DNA of 64,000 bases, taken from Actinomycetota bacterium. Its GTDB lineage: Bacteria > Actinomycetota > Actinomycetes > Actinomycetales > Microbacteriaceae. Both the position numbers and the translations under genes were made by a program. Numbering within the stretch: the first letter of the stretch is position 1; each line of letters starts with the position of its first letter. The notes beneath the pieces are model-generated. The model did not search any database. It worked only from the letters and a program-made list of their open reading frames with translations, and was not told the DNA's origin. Location: assembly GCA_041181555.1 (NCBI GenBank), contig JBEGPH010000001.1, forward strand, positions 4,040-68,039, given 5' to 3'. Below, piece after piece: positions 1 through 10,726 of the stretch.

Positions 1-31
1 TCTTGCTGCGAGTACGTGTGGTCTTTGACAC
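1..31 (-). CDS. rpsD: 30S ribosomal protein S4, 5' end only (runs off window)
   Basis: GTG at 31-29 reads MSKTTRTRSK, preceded by SD AAAGGA; resembles the Microbacteriaceae S4 N-terminus; usual position downstream of rarA. Confidence 0.7.
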   Translation of the reverse strand, partial: MSKTTRTRSK

Positions 32-221
32 GTTTTCCTTTCGATGAGCCAATGGCTCGATAGCGATATTTGTTCACATTTCGGTTCAGAGGTCGAACCT
101 TTTGCCACGGATTCGTCCGGCTATTGGACAAACCGCACCGTTGAACACAGTTACAGCCGATATCTGTGCTCGAGTCGGCAACCTCCCTAGCCTACCAGCG
201 GGTGCCGGCTAATGCCAAGGC

Positions 222-1553
222 TCAACGACGGAATGATCTGATGATGCTTCGCAATTTGGGCCAGCGTTCGGCTAGCTCTCTTTCAGCGCCGATGTCTTTC
301 GGCTGGTAGTACTCGACCATGTCTAAATCGCCATCCAGGTATTGCTGCGGTAACACGGCTCGGCTGTCATCATGCGGGTACTGGTACCCCTTACCGTTTC
401 CAAGCTTTGCCGCCCCAGGGTAGTTTGAACTCCTGAGGTGCTTTGGCACCGCACCACTGCGCCCGCCCCTGACATCGTCCAAAGCCAAATTGATGGCCAA
501 ATAGGCGGAATTAGATTTCGGTGCCAGTGCTAAGTAAATCGTTGCCTCCGCTAATGGAATTCGCCCCTCTGGCATGCCGATAAGTGCCACGCTTTCAGCC
601 GCAGCAACTGCCAGCGGCAGTGCTTGAGGATCAGCCAAGCCAATGTCCTCGGCAGCCAGAATTATCAATCTACGGGCAATAAAGCGTGGATCCTCCCCAC
701 CCTCAATCATTCTGGCCAAATAGTGAATTGCCGCGTCGGCATCGCTTCCTCGCACGGATTTGATGAACGCGCTGATTATGTCGTAATGCTGATCGCCATC
801 CCTGTCATAGCGAACTAGAGCCTTATCGATAGCCGATTCCACGGCTTGTTGTGTGATTTCGAAGGGTGATTCACCAATGCCTTCGGCGGACTGTGCCGCT
901 GCATCGAGAATGGTCAGTGCCCTACGGCCATCGCCTGCAGCAAGTCGGGCAACTTTGCTGGCTAACTCCTCGCCTAACTTAAAGCGACCATTTAGCCCTC
1001 TGGCATCGGCGACTGCGCGATTCAGAAGCTGCAGCAAATCAGACTCACTCAATGGTTCAAGGGTAAGGAGCAAACTCCGCGATAAAAGAGGACTAATCAC
1101 CGAAAAACTAGGGTTTTCGGTGGTTGCAGCGATGAGTGTTACCCAACCGTTCTCCACGCCGGGTAACAGGGCATCTTGCTGTGCCTTACTAAAGCGGTGA
1201 ATTTCGTCAAGAAAGAGAATGGTTCCCACGCCGTAGGACTCGTGATCTCTCCTGGCCGCTTCCATTGCATCACGAACATCTTTGACCCCAGCTGTAATCG
1301 CACTTAACTCAACAATTCGCCGACCGGAACTCGTCGCAACAGCGCGAGCCAAAGTCGTTTTTCCGGTTCCGGGAGGCCCCCAAAGTAGGACGCTAGTCGT
1401 ACTGCCCGATATGCCTGAGCTGACTGGTTCGGCCAATTTACGCAGTGGACCGCCAGGTTTGAGAATGTTTGATTGACCGACTACTTCATCAATTGTGCGA
1501 GGCCGCATTCTCGTGGCTAAGGGCGCCAACCCCTCAAACATGCTGTCGGTCAT
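222..1553 (-). CDS. rarA: Replication-associated recombination protein A (MgsA/RarA AAA+ ATPase)
   Basis: PLAxRMRP start, Walker A GPPGTGKT, DEIHRF, ATTENPSF, HYDxISAFIKS. Confidence 0.95.
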   Translation of the reverse strand: MTDSMFEGLAPLATRMRPRTIDEVVGQSNILKPGGPLRKLAEPVSSGISGSTTSVLLWGPPGTGKTTLARAVATSSGRRIVELSAITAGVKDVRDAMEAARRDHESYGVGTILFLDEIHRFSKAQQDALLPGVENGWVTLIAATTENPSFSVISPLLSRSLLLTLEPLSESDLLQLLNRAVADARGLNGRFKLGEELASKVARLAAGDGRRALTILDAAAQSAEGIGESPFEITQQAVESAIDKALVRYDRDGDQHYDIISAFIKSVRGSDADAAIHYLARMIEGGEDPRFIARRLIILAAEDIGLADPQALPLAVAAAESVALIGMPEGRIPLAEATIYLALAPKSNSAYLAINLALDDVRGGRSGAVPKHLRSSNYPGAAKLGNGKGYQYPHDDSRAVLPQQYLDGDLDMVEYYQPKDIGAERELAERWPKLRSIIRSFRR

Positions 1554-1624
1554 AAAAACAGGTTACAAGCAGCCGAGTGTGGATTACCCGTAAAATGCCT
1601 AGGTAGCAATCATTGGAGGACATT

Positions 1625-2416
1625 TTGGCATCAAAGAAGAAGCAGCAAAACCTGTTTAGCTCAACCAGCAACAAACTTGCGGAATACGAAGCAAAACAGC
1701 AACAGCATGCCAAACTGTCGGCACGACGCAAGAACGATAATCGAATTGCCCTCATCGCCGCGGGTGCCGCCCTAGTAGTTGCCTTAGGTTCTCAGTTTGC
1801 GTATTCGGCAATCCATCCGGCACCAAAATCAAGTGCAACCGCTGCTGCCTCAGCTTCGGCCAGTCCGTCTGCTCAGGAGTCAAATGGCCCACTGGTTCCA
1901 AATGCGTCTCTAGCAGAGAATCGCGTTTGGAACGGTTCCATGCAGGTGAATAAGTCGACACTCGGTTTGAAACTTTTTGGAGACAAAGCACCTCAGGCTA
2001 CAGCTAACTTCATCGCCCTCTCGAAGAAGGGTTTCTATAACAATGTTCCTTGCCACCGCCTAACCACCTCGGGCATCTTTGTCCTACAGTGCGGTGACCC
2101 AACCGGTACCGGTACCGGAGGCCCAGGCTACTCGTTCGGTCCAATTGAAAACGCCCCGGCGGCCGCAACCTCCGGCATAGCCACCTATAAAAAGGGTGTT
2201 CTGGCGATGGCAAACAGTGGAGGGGCTTACACCAATGGTTCGCAGTTCTTCATTGTTTATGCCGACTCTCCCCTAATGCCGAATTACACGGTCTTTGGAG
2301 AGATCACGAGTGGCCTGAATTCGCTAGACCCAATTATCAAGGCCGGTGTATCTGGCGGCGGTAAAGATGGCAAACCAACCGTCGAAACCAAGCTCGGCGC
2401 CATCAAACTAAACTAA
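1625..2416 (+). CDS. Membrane-anchored cyclophilin-type peptidyl-prolyl isomerase
   Basis: CHRL, LQCGDPTGTGTGGPGY, NGSQFFI motifs; N-terminal TM helix; TTG 1625 after GGAGGA preferred over 1613. Confidence 0.9.
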   Translation: MASKKKQQNLFSSTSNKLAEYEAKQQQHAKLSARRKNDNRIALIAAGAALVVALGSQFAYSAIHPAPKSSATAAASASASPSAQESNGPLVPNASLAENRVWNGSMQVNKSTLGLKLFGDKAPQATANFIALSKKGFYNNVPCHRLTTSGIFVLQCGDPTGTGTGGPGYSFGPIENAPAAATSGIATYKKGVLAMANSGGAYTNGSQFFIVYADSPLMPNYTVFGEITSGLNSLDPIIKAGVSGGGKDGKPTVETKLGAIKLN

Positions 2417-2463
2417 CAAAGCAAGTAAACGAACGCATCAGCGTCTAGCTAAAGGAGCTACCC

Positions 2464-3699
2464 ATGACTGCAAGCACCAAATTCGGCCGCGTCGATTCAG
2501 AGAATAATGTCTTCGTTCTTGAGCTCGGTTCAGAGCGTAAAGTGGGTCAGTATCCAAACGTCAGTGCCGAAGAGGCTCTTGCGTTTTATGAACGCAAATT
2601 TGCAGACCTAGAGGCACAGGTGCGAATTTTGGAACAGCGCGTTAAAAACAAAATTGACGCTGCAAACCTTGGAAAGCAAGCCGCAAAACTAAGTGAAGAA
2701 CTAACCTCACCAAACGCTGTTGGTGACCTAAACAACTTGCGAGCTAGGGTTACTGCCCTCACCCCAGCCATCGCTGAGCTTGGCGCTGCAAAGGCCGAAG
2801 CCAACAAGGAAGCGATTGCCGAGGCACTGGCTGCCCGTACCGCGCTCGCGGTGGCCGCTGAAGAAATTGCCAATCAAGACGCCGCCAAAACTCAATGGAA
2901 GCAAAGCGGTGAAAAGATGGCGAAACTGTTCGAAAAGTGGCAGGACAGCCAAAAAACCGGCCCTAAGGTACCAAAAGCCCAAGCAGACCCAATTTGGAAG
3001 CGATTCTCGCTTGCACGCACTCGATTCGAAAGTGCAAAGCGCCAATATTTCGCATCTTTAGACTCTGCCAACAAGGCCGTACGGGCGAAGAAAAACGAGA
3101 TCGTCGAGAGCGCTGAAAAAATTGCAGCTGCTGGTTCAGATTCAGTCGTCGAATATCGAAAACTGCTTGACGCTTGGAAATCAGCGGGAAGAACCCCAGG
3201 AAAGTCAGACGACGCACTTTGGGCACGCTTCAAAGCCGCGGGTGACACAATTCACAGCGCCCGCCAAGCAACTGCTGCTGTTGAATCTGTCGAACATAAC
3301 GCAAATCTCGAAGCAAAGCTTGCTCTTCTAAAGCAGTACGGTGACATCAACCCGGCGAGCGGGCTAGACGAAGCCAAAAAACAGCTGCAGGATCTTCAGA
3401 AGAAGTGGGAAAAGATCGGGCGCATTCCTAAGGAAAAACTTCGTGAAGTTGAAGATAAGTTGAGAGCAATCGAAAACAAGGTTCGCACTGCTGAACAGGA
3501 TCACTGGCGCAAGACCGACCCTGCATCAATAGATCGCAGCAATTCGGTAATTTCACAGCTTGAAGACTCGATCAAGAAGCTGGAAGCCGAGTTAGCTGCT
3601 GCAACTACTTCTAAAAATGAAAAGAAGATCAAGGACGCAACCGACGCGCTTTCTGCGCGTAAGGCTTGGCTAGAAACCGTTAAGGCAGCCGCTAACTAA
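2464..3699 (+). CDS. DUF349 coiled-coil protein
   Basis: FGRVD...ERKVGQ N-terminus, repeated W..F motifs (WKRF, LWARF); typical neighbour of rel; SD AAAGGAG. Confidence 0.85.
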   Translation: MTASTKFGRVDSENNVFVLELGSERKVGQYPNVSAEEALAFYERKFADLEAQVRILEQRVKNKIDAANLGKQAAKLSEELTSPNAVGDLNNLRARVTALTPAIAELGAAKAEANKEAIAEALAARTALAVAAEEIANQDAAKTQWKQSGEKMAKLFEKWQDSQKTGPKVPKAQADPIWKRFSLARTRFESAKRQYFASLDSANKAVRAKKNEIVESAEKIAAAGSDSVVEYRKLLDAWKSAGRTPGKSDDALWARFKAAGDTIHSARQATAAVESVEHNANLEAKLALLKQYGDINPASGLDEAKKQLQDLQKKWEKIGRIPKEKLREVEDKLRAIENKVRTAEQDHWRKTDPASIDRSNSVISQLEDSIKKLEAELAAATTSKNEKKIKDATDALSARKAWLETVKAAAN

Positions 3700-3703
3700 A
3701 TAC

Positions 3704-5953
3704 TTAGCCGTTGTGTACGCGGTACACGTCGTAAACCGCTTCAATTCTCTTCACGGCGTTAAGTAAGTGCTCGAGCGTAGCTGGGTCTCCCATTTCAAAT
3801 ACAAAACGGCTAAGTGCAACTCGATCTGAACGAGTTGAAACTGATGCCGAGAGAATGTTCACGTGGTGCTCACTTAGCACTCGGGTGACATCGGAGAGCA
3901 ACCCGGAACGGTCAAGAGCCTCGATTTGAATTTGCACTAGGAAGAGCGATTTAGAATTTGGTGCCCAACTAACATCCATTAGACGCTCTGGTTCCGCACG
4001 CAGCTGGTCAGCGTTCTTGCAGTCCGCTCTGTGAACAGACACCCCAGACCCTCGAGTAACAAAACCGAGAATTTCATCGCCTGGCACCGGGGTGCAGCAT
4101 CTGGCTAGCTTTGCCATTACATCGGCGTCACCGCGGACCAAAATTCCTGAGTCATTTGATCGGTTTTGGTTCTGAGAACGAGCCTTGTTTGGAAGCTCAA
4201 AAACAGCTTCAGCAGCTTCGGCATCAGTGGCAATCGACGCTGATAGTTTCTCAACAACCTGCTGAGCTGAGATGTGCCCCTCGCCAACTGCGGCGTAAAG
4301 TGATTCAACGTCATTTAGTCGGAGTTCATGAGCTAGATCCAACATTGATTCGCTTGACAATATTTTCTGCAATGGAAGATTGTGCTTGCGCAGCGCCTTA
4401 GCGATAGATTCTTTGCCGTGCTCCACTGCATCTTCACGCCGCTCAGCACTAAACCACTGCTTGATCTTGGCCCTTGCTCGCGGAGACTTTACGAAATTCA
4501 GCCAGTCTTTGCTCGGAGCAGCCTCAGGAGACTTACTGGTGAAAATTTCAACCGTGTCACCCGATTGCAGCGGTGTATCGAGTGGTACTAACCGACCATT
4601 TACCTTGGCCCCCATTGTGCGGTGACCAACATCCGTGTGTACTGCGTAAGCAAAGTCAACGGGAGTGGCTCCCCCAGCAAGACCAATTACTTTGCCCTTC
4701 GGTGTGAATACATAGACCTCTTTAGCTCCGATCTCAAAGCGCAAAGAATCCAAGAATTCACTTGGGTCTTGAGTTTCAGCCTGCCAATCGCTGAGGTGCT
4801 TCAACCAAGCTAGATCTTCATCGGAGCGTTCATTGCTTTCACCAACTTGCTCCTTGTATTTCCAGTGAGCCGCAACACCATACTCAGCTCTCTGGTGCAT
4901 TTCCTGGGTTCGAATTTGAATCTCTACTGAACGACCCTTGGGGCCGATCACCGTTGTGTGCAACGACTGATAGAGATTGAACTTAGGCATTGCAATGTAG
5001 TCCTTGAAGCGACCCGGCACGGGATTCCATCTCGCATGGATAGCACCAAGAACCGCATAGCAGTCGCGCACGCTAGGAACAATAACTCGTATTCCGACTA
5101 AATCGTAGATGTCATCGAATTCACGACCGCGGACAACCATCTTTTGATAAATGCTGTAATACTGCTTAGGCCGGCCTGCAACTTTGCCCTTGATCTTGTT
5201 GTCTCGGAGGTCGTCTTCAATCTCAGCGATAATCGAATCGATTACCTGCTCTCTTTGTGGTGCTCGCTGTCCAACCAGGTTTACGATTTCTTCATAAACC
5301 TTTGGGTATAAGAATGAGAACGAGATATCCTCAAGCTCCCACTTGATAGTACTAATTCCCAGTCGATGAGCAAGCGGAGCGTAAATTTCCAAAGTCTCTT
5401 GCGCTTTTCGCTTTGCCGACTCTGCAGAAACATAACCCCAGGTTCTTGCGTTGTGTAGTCGGTCGGCTAGCTTGATCACCAAAACTCTGATGTCTTTGGA
5501 CATCGCAACAACCATTTTGCGAACTGTTTCGGCTTGAGCGTGATCGCCGAACTTAACCTTGTCCAATTTAGTAACGCCATCAACCAGCATTGCTACCTCG
5601 GGGCCGAAATCTCGCTCCAATTGTTCGAGCTTGTATTCGGTGTCCTCAACCGTGTCGTGAAGAAGAGATGCCGCGAGGGTAACCGGTCCGATACCGAGTT
5701 CTGCCAAGATTTGGGTTACCGCAAGTGGGTGCGTTATGTAGGGTTCGCCACTCTTTCGCTTCTGCCCGCGATGAGCCTCTTCGGCTACAACGAATGCCCG
5801 TTCAATGATCGAAAGGTCTGCCTTGGGATGATTGGCTCTTGCTAATCGCAGTATTTCGTTCAACTCGGCCGTGTACACGCCATACTTCGAAAAGATTCTA
5901 GGCAGCATGCCTCTAAGTGTGCTTACGCTGCCAGTTGGCGTTGGATCGGTCAC
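3704..5953 (-). CDS. rel: Bifunctional (p)ppGpp synthetase/hydrolase
   Basis: HD motif LHDTVED, RFKDYIAMPK, EIQIRT, TGS, CC and ACT domains. Confidence 0.96.
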   Translation of the reverse strand: MTDPTPTGSVSTLRGMLPRIFSKYGVYTAELNEILRLARANHPKADLSIIERAFVVAEEAHRGQKRKSGEPYITHPLAVTQILAELGIGPVTLAASLLHDTVEDTEYKLEQLERDFGPEVAMLVDGVTKLDKVKFGDHAQAETVRKMVVAMSKDIRVLVIKLADRLHNARTWGYVSAESAKRKAQETLEIYAPLAHRLGISTIKWELEDISFSFLYPKVYEEIVNLVGQRAPQREQVIDSIIAEIEDDLRDNKIKGKVAGRPKQYYSIYQKMVVRGREFDDIYDLVGIRVIVPSVRDCYAVLGAIHARWNPVPGRFKDYIAMPKFNLYQSLHTTVIGPKGRSVEIQIRTQEMHQRAEYGVAAHWKYKEQVGESNERSDEDLAWLKHLSDWQAETQDPSEFLDSLRFEIGAKEVYVFTPKGKVIGLAGGATPVDFAYAVHTDVGHRTMGAKVNGRLVPLDTPLQSGDTVEIFTSKSPEAAPSKDWLNFVKSPRARAKIKQWFSAERREDAVEHGKESIAKALRKHNLPLQKILSSESMLDLAHELRLNDVESLYAAVGEGHISAQQVVEKLSASIATDAEAAEAVFELPNKARSQNQNRSNDSGILVRGDADVMAKLARCCTPVPGDEILGFVTRGSGVSVHRADCKNADQLRAEPERLMDVSWAPNSKSLFLVQIQIEALDRSGLLSDVTRVLSEHHVNILSASVSTRSDRVALSRFVFEMGDPATLEHLLNAVKRIEAVYDVYRVHNG

Positions 5954-5991
5954 TCGAGACTCCTGGTCGGTTCAGAGAACCAGACTAGCAA

Positions 5992-6963
5992 CTAGCGCAG
6001 GGAAAGGACCTTAGCGGCAGCAACAGCGTACTTGCTCTCCCTCTCACGAAGGTGAGAATAGAAAGGCGCTGCGATGAAAATTGTCGAGTAGGTACCAACG
6101 ATAATTCCAATGAAAAGTGCGAGTGAGATGTCTCGCAATGTGCCAGCGCCGAGTAACCATGAACCAATGAACAAAATTGCTGCAACCGGAAGCACTGCTA
6201 CAACCGATGTATTTACCGATCGAACCAAGGTTTGGTTAATAGCCAGGTTGACTTTTTCAGCAAATGTTGCCGACTCACTGAATTCAATTTCAAAGGTGTT
6301 TTCACGAATCTTGTCAAAGACCACGACTGTGTCGTAGAGCGAGTAGCCAAGAATTGTCAGGAATCCGATTACCGCCGCTGGAGTTACCTCGAAGCCGAGC
6401 GCACCGTAGACACCGGCAGTGATGATCAAGTCGTGAATCAAGGCAAGCATCGCCGCAGCAGACATCTTTAGCGTGCGAAAATATAGGGCCATAAGTACAG
6501 CTGCTAGAGCAATAAATACAAGCAAACCGTTAACGGCTTTGCCGGTGATGTCGGCACCCCAGTTCGCGCCAACGAATGAACTGGCAACCTGGTTTCCCTG
6601 CAACTTGTAAGCAGATGCGAGAGCCTGACGCACTGATTCAGATTCGGTGTCGGTCAATTTGTCTGTCTGAATTCTTAGGCTGTCGGTTCCAACAGAAGTG
6701 ACAACCGGATTAGCCGCTGGAATAACAGTGTGAACGGCGTCAATCGCAGTTTGATTGCTTGACTGAGAGACTCCGGTTACACGAAATTCCGATCCGCCGC
6801 GGAATTCAATTCCAAAATTGAAGCCACCGCGTGCAATAGGAAGCACCACTGCGAGCGCAATCATCGCAAGAGCAATGATGTAGAAAACCTTGCGCTTACC
6901 GATGAAGTCGAACGAGCGCTTACCGGTGTAAAGGTCGTTACCTAGATCGCTGAACTTTGACAT
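5992..6963 (-). CDS. secF: Protein translocase subunit SecF
   Basis: GIEFRGG, GYSLYDTVVVFDKIRE, six TM helices. Confidence 0.96.
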   Translation of the reverse strand: MSKFSDLGNDLYTGKRSFDFIGKRKVFYIIALAMIALAVVLPIARGGFNFGIEFRGGSEFRVTGVSQSSNQTAIDAVHTVIPAANPVVTSVGTDSLRIQTDKLTDTESESVRQALASAYKLQGNQVASSFVGANWGADITGKAVNGLLVFIALAAVLMALYFRTLKMSAAAMLALIHDLIITAGVYGALGFEVTPAAVIGFLTILGYSLYDTVVVFDKIRENTFEIEFSESATFAEKVNLAINQTLVRSVNTSVVAVLPVAAILFIGSWLLGAGTLRDISLALFIGIIVGTYSTIFIAAPFYSHLRERESKYAVAAAKVLSLR

Positions 6964-8681
6964 TAGTTTTGCCCTCCGTTAGCCGATTCGTTAGCTTTGC
7001 GCTCCGCAATGGTTTGACGACGTGATGCTTCCTTTGAAACCTTGCCGCGCTTAGATTCACTAACGGCTGCAGAAACGCGGAACTGACCTCGTCCGACGTA
7101 AGAGCTACCTCCCAGTGCAGTTGCATCGAAGCCCGAAAGCTTGTGCCCAGATGAGAAGAATTTATTTTGAGCGAGAATCTGAAGCATCGGGTGGGTAAAC
7201 AGTGCCACCACCGCGAGGTCAATGAGCGTTGTCAAACCAAGAGTGAAGGCGAATCCTCGCACGCTTCCAACGGTCAAAGCCCAAAGCACAACCGCAGCCA
7301 GCAAGCTAACACCGTCAGAAACCAAGATGGTGCGAATTGCGCGTTTCCAACCAGCTTCGACTGCTGCGCTGAGAGTTCGACCATCACGAAGTTCGTCTCG
7401 CACACGCTCGAAATACACGATGAACGAGTCGGCGGTAATACCGATGGCAACAATCAAACCGGCCACTCCTGCTAGTGAGAGACGGTATCCCTGACGCCAA
7501 GAAAGAATAGAAATTGCCAGATAGACAACGATGGCTGCCACAACTAGTGAGCCGATAGTGACCACGGCAAGGCCGCGATACTGGAACATGGAGTAGATAA
7601 TCACTAGCAAAAGACCGATCGCACCAGCGAGCAAACCGCCCTTTAGCGACTCAGTTCCAAGAGTTGCCGAAATGTTTTCCTGGCTTTGCACCTCAAAACC
7701 AATTGGTAGTGACCCGTACTTAAGTTGGTCAGCGAGTGACTTTGCAGTTGCCTGAGTGAAGCTTCCGGTGATTTGGGCTGAACCGTTAGTAATTACCGCG
7801 TTTGTCTGAGGGGCGGTAATCACGTAGCCATCTAGTGTGACCGCAAACTGGTTACGAGGACTAGTCAATGGGTAAAGTCGCGAGGTTACTGCGCTGAATG
7901 CTGATGTTCCCTTTGAATCGAAACTAAGGTTTACCGCCCAGGTGTTGGTCGATGCACCGGTTGAAGTTGAAACTGTTCCAGCCTGTGCGTCTGAGATGTT
8001 GCTTCCGTCTACCTCAACTGGACCAAGAATGAACTTCTGGGTTCGTGAAGAGTCACAGGTGATAAGCGGAACGGTTGGGTCATCCACCTGACCCGGCTTG
8101 CGAAATTCTGTCGCACAGTTGAAAGAGTCATACTGAGATCGGAGCGCCGGAGTGATCCAGTTCAAATCGCTCGCATCCGTAGGAGCAGCATTTGGTGTTG
8201 CACTTGCCTTAGCGCTTGAGCTCGGCTTGGCAGAAGGACTTGCAGAAGCTGAGTTGCCTCCACCTACCGAAGCGGCAGCTCCAGAATCGGTAACCAAAAC
8301 TGCACGGAATTCAAGTTTCGCAGAACTCTTGATCAACTGAAGAGTGCTGTCTGATGGTGTGCCGGGAATCTCGACGATGATGTTCTTATCACCAGAGGTT
8401 GTCACGGTTGATTCTGATACGCCAGTTGAGTCAACGCGTTGACGAATGATTGAAACCGCCTGACTCAATTGCTCTGCGGTCACGGTCTTACCATCTGCCA
8501 CTGATGGGGCAAGAATGATAGAAGTTCCACCCTGGAGGTCTAGCGCTAATTCGGGTGCAAAAGTGGCACCAGGAGTCTTGGTAACTATGCCCAATCCGAT
8601 GATTGCTGCAAAACCAATGATTAGAGCTAAAAGCCAAGCCAGGCGCTTACGCGCGTGCTTAGTCACAGATGAAACAGCCAC
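6963..8681 (-). CDS. secD: Protein translocase subunit SecD
   Basis: LALDLQGG, IGITADSFIVYFERVRDE, GFAFTL. Confidence 0.96.
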   Translation of the reverse strand: MAVSSVTKHARKRLAWLLALIIGFAAIIGLGIVTKTPGATFAPELALDLQGGTSIILAPSVADGKTVTAEQLSQAVSIIRQRVDSTGVSESTVTTSGDKNIIVEIPGTPSDSTLQLIKSSAKLEFRAVLVTDSGAAASVGGGNSASASPSAKPSSSAKASATPNAAPTDASDLNWITPALRSQYDSFNCATEFRKPGQVDDPTVPLITCDSSRTQKFILGPVEVDGSNISDAQAGTVSTSTGASTNTWAVNLSFDSKGTSAFSAVTSRLYPLTSPRNQFAVTLDGYVITAPQTNAVITNGSAQITGSFTQATAKSLADQLKYGSLPIGFEVQSQENISATLGTESLKGGLLAGAIGLLLVIIYSMFQYRGLAVVTIGSLVVAAIVVYLAISILSWRQGYRLSLAGVAGLIVAIGITADSFIVYFERVRDELRDGRTLSAAVEAGWKRAIRTILVSDGVSLLAAVVLWALTVGSVRGFAFTLGLTTLIDLAVVALFTHPMLQILAQNKFFSSGHKLSGFDATALGGSSYVGRGQFRVSAAVSESKRGKVSKEASRRQTIAERKANESANGGQN

Positions 8682-8700
8682 GGGTTATCCTCGCTGGTAA

Positions 8701-9054
8701 TTACTTGGTGGTCTTTTTAGCCACTGGCTTCTTTGCCACTGGCTTTTTAGCCGCTGCGGTTGAAGTAGTGGTCTTTTTAGCCGCTGGAGCCTTAGTTACT
8801 TCAGGCTTTCCTGCTTCGACAGAGCGTACAGCCAATTTGTTTACTGACAACTTAGTGCCAGGAGTTGACTCAATGACAATTCGGTCTGAATCAACAGAGA
8901 CCACTTTGCCGTAAACGCCGCTGGTCAACATAACAGTCGAACCGACTGCAATCGAGCTCTGCAAGGCGTCTGCCTGCTTCTTACGCTTTTTGTTGCTCAT
9001 AACCATGAACAAGATCATCACTGCAAGCGCGGCAAGTAAAAAGAAGTTTTCCAA
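8701..9054 (-). CDS. yajC: Preprotein translocase subunit YajC with Lys/Ala/Pro-rich C-terminal tail
   Basis: One N-terminal TM, basic cluster, GSTVMLTSGVYGKV; upstream of secD; start uncertain (TTG 9054 or 9096). Confidence 0.88.
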   Translation of the reverse strand: MENFFLLAALAVMILFMVMSNKKRKKQADALQSSIAVGSTVMLTSGVYGKVVSVDSDRIVIESTPGTKLSVNKLAVRSVEAGKPEVTKAPAAKKTTTSTAAAKKPVAKKPVAKKTTK

Positions 9055-9121
9055 GGGAAAGCCAATCTGTCGTTTGAGGCCTGCATCAGCAGGCAAATGA
9101 CGCGAAACCGCGTCTCAGCAA

Positions 9122-10144
9122 TTATAGGTCAAATAGACGAGCTTGCCCTGTAACTGACGGGTTGAGACCCAGGTGCTGGTAAGCCTTCGGGGTGGCTTCT
9201 CTTCCCTTTGCCGTGCGCGAAATTAGGCCTGTGCGCACCAAATAGGGCTCGACAACTGATTCAACCGTGTCCTGCTCCTCCCCGACTGCAACCGCGATTG
9301 TCGCCAGACCAACGGCACGGCCGGCAAACTGGGTGCAAAGCAGCGTAAGCACATCCCGGTCCAGCCGGTCAAGGCCAAAATCATCAACTTCAAAAAGCTG
9401 AAGTGCTGATCTAGATACCTTCTCGTCGATAACCTCGTGCTTTTGAACTAGGGCGTAATCTCGCACTCTTCGAAGCAGGCGATTGGCTATTCTCGGAGTG
9501 CCGCGGCTGCGAGTGGCTATGGCTTCTAGTCCGGAGCTCGTAATCGCTACGTCAAGTTTCTCGGCCGCCTTGGCGATAACCCTAGATAGCTCCTCGTCGC
9601 TGTAGAACTCCATGTTTGCCGTAAAGCCGAATCTGTCTCGAAGTGGACTAGCCAACAAACCACTGCGTGTTGTGGCTCCGACCAGGGTGAACGGTTCGAG
9701 ATCAAGTGGAACCGAAGTCGCGCCTGGCCCTTTTCCAACCATGACATCGATTCGAAAATCTTCCATGGCAAGATAAAGCATCTCTTCGGCACTTCGAGAC
9801 ATTCGATGAATCTCATCAATGAAGAGCACATCCCCAGAGGAAAGAGATGAAAGTATCGCGGCTAAATCACCGGCATGCTGAATTGTTGGACCACTCGTTA
9901 ATCTGAGATTGCTCTTGCTTTCATTGGCAACAATCATGGCAAGGGTGGTTTTACCCAATCCAGGCGGCCCTGCAAATAGCATGTGATCTGCAGTACGTGA
10001 CTGAATGTGCGCTGCTTCAAGAATAAGTGAAACCTGCTGCCGAACAGTTTCTTGTCCGATGAATTCACCCAGAGACTGCGGACGCAGCGAGGTTTCAAAA
10101 GCTAATTCGCTTTGATCTTTGTCAGGGTTGGTGATGTCACTCAT
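9122..10144 (-). CDS. ruvB: Holliday junction branch migration helicase RuvB
   Basis: [43 protein letters not shown]. Confidence 0.97.
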   Translation of the reverse strand: MSDITNPDKDQSELAFETSLRPQSLGEFIGQETVRQQVSLILEAAHIQSRTADHMLFAGPPGLGKTTLAMIVANESKSNLRLTSGPTIQHAGDLAAILSSLSSGDVLFIDEIHRMSRSAEEMLYLAMEDFRIDVMVGKGPGATSVPLDLEPFTLVGATTRSGLLASPLRDRFGFTANMEFYSDEELSRVIAKAAEKLDVAITSSGLEAIATRSRGTPRIANRLLRRVRDYALVQKHEVIDEKVSRSALQLFEVDDFGLDRLDRDVLTLLCTQFAGRAVGLATIAVAVGEEQDTVESVVEPYLVRTGLISRTAKGREATPKAYQHLGLNPSVTGQARLFDL

Positions 10145-10146
10145 GA

Positions 10147-10713
10147 CTATTTACTCAACAATGCGAGGCACTCGCGCAAGAGTGTTGGCAAATCTTTAGA
10201 TGCTGCTTGTTTCGATACCGATTGGACTACAGGCAGAGCGGTCTTTTCGTTCCAACCGAGGCTTTGAAGAGCGGAAAGCAAATCAACTTCGAGATTGCTT
10301 CCACTTGATGAAGTTGACTTCAATTTGCCAGCGAGCGTTACGTTTATAAGTTTTGCAGTCTTCACGCCAACACCGGACACGGATTCGAAAGGCTTCGAAT
10401 CGTCGTTAGCCACGGCTAAGGAGATTTCTGCAGAGCTCAAGCTGGAAAGAATGTTCAAAGCCGTTTTTGGACCTACGCCCGAAACACTGCGCAAAAGGTC
10501 GAAAAGCCCTCGTTGTTCAATGGATTCAAATCCAAAAAGTTGAAAGCTATCTTCACGAACGATGAGAGTAGTCCATAGCGAGAAATCCTCATCTACTGTG
10601 GCCATTCGCGCCAAAGCAGATGGGACCGATACCAAATAACCCACACCCGAGACGTCAAGCACTACTGACGAGCCAGTGGCAGTCAGTACTTTCCCGCGAA
10701 GTGAAGCAATCAC
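10147..10713 (-). CDS. ruvA: Holliday junction protein RuvA
   Basis: [24 protein letters not shown]. Confidence 0.95.
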   Translation of the reverse strand: MIASLRGKVLTATGSSVVLDVSGVGYLVSVPSALARMATVDEDFSLWTTLIVREDSFQLFGFESIEQRGLFDLLRSVSGVGPKTALNILSSLSSAEISLAVANDDSKPFESVSGVGVKTAKLINVTLAGKLKSTSSSGSNLEVDLLSALQSLGWNEKTALPVVQSVSKQAASKDLPTLLRECLALLSK

Positions 10714-10726
10714 CCAAAAAGACTAA

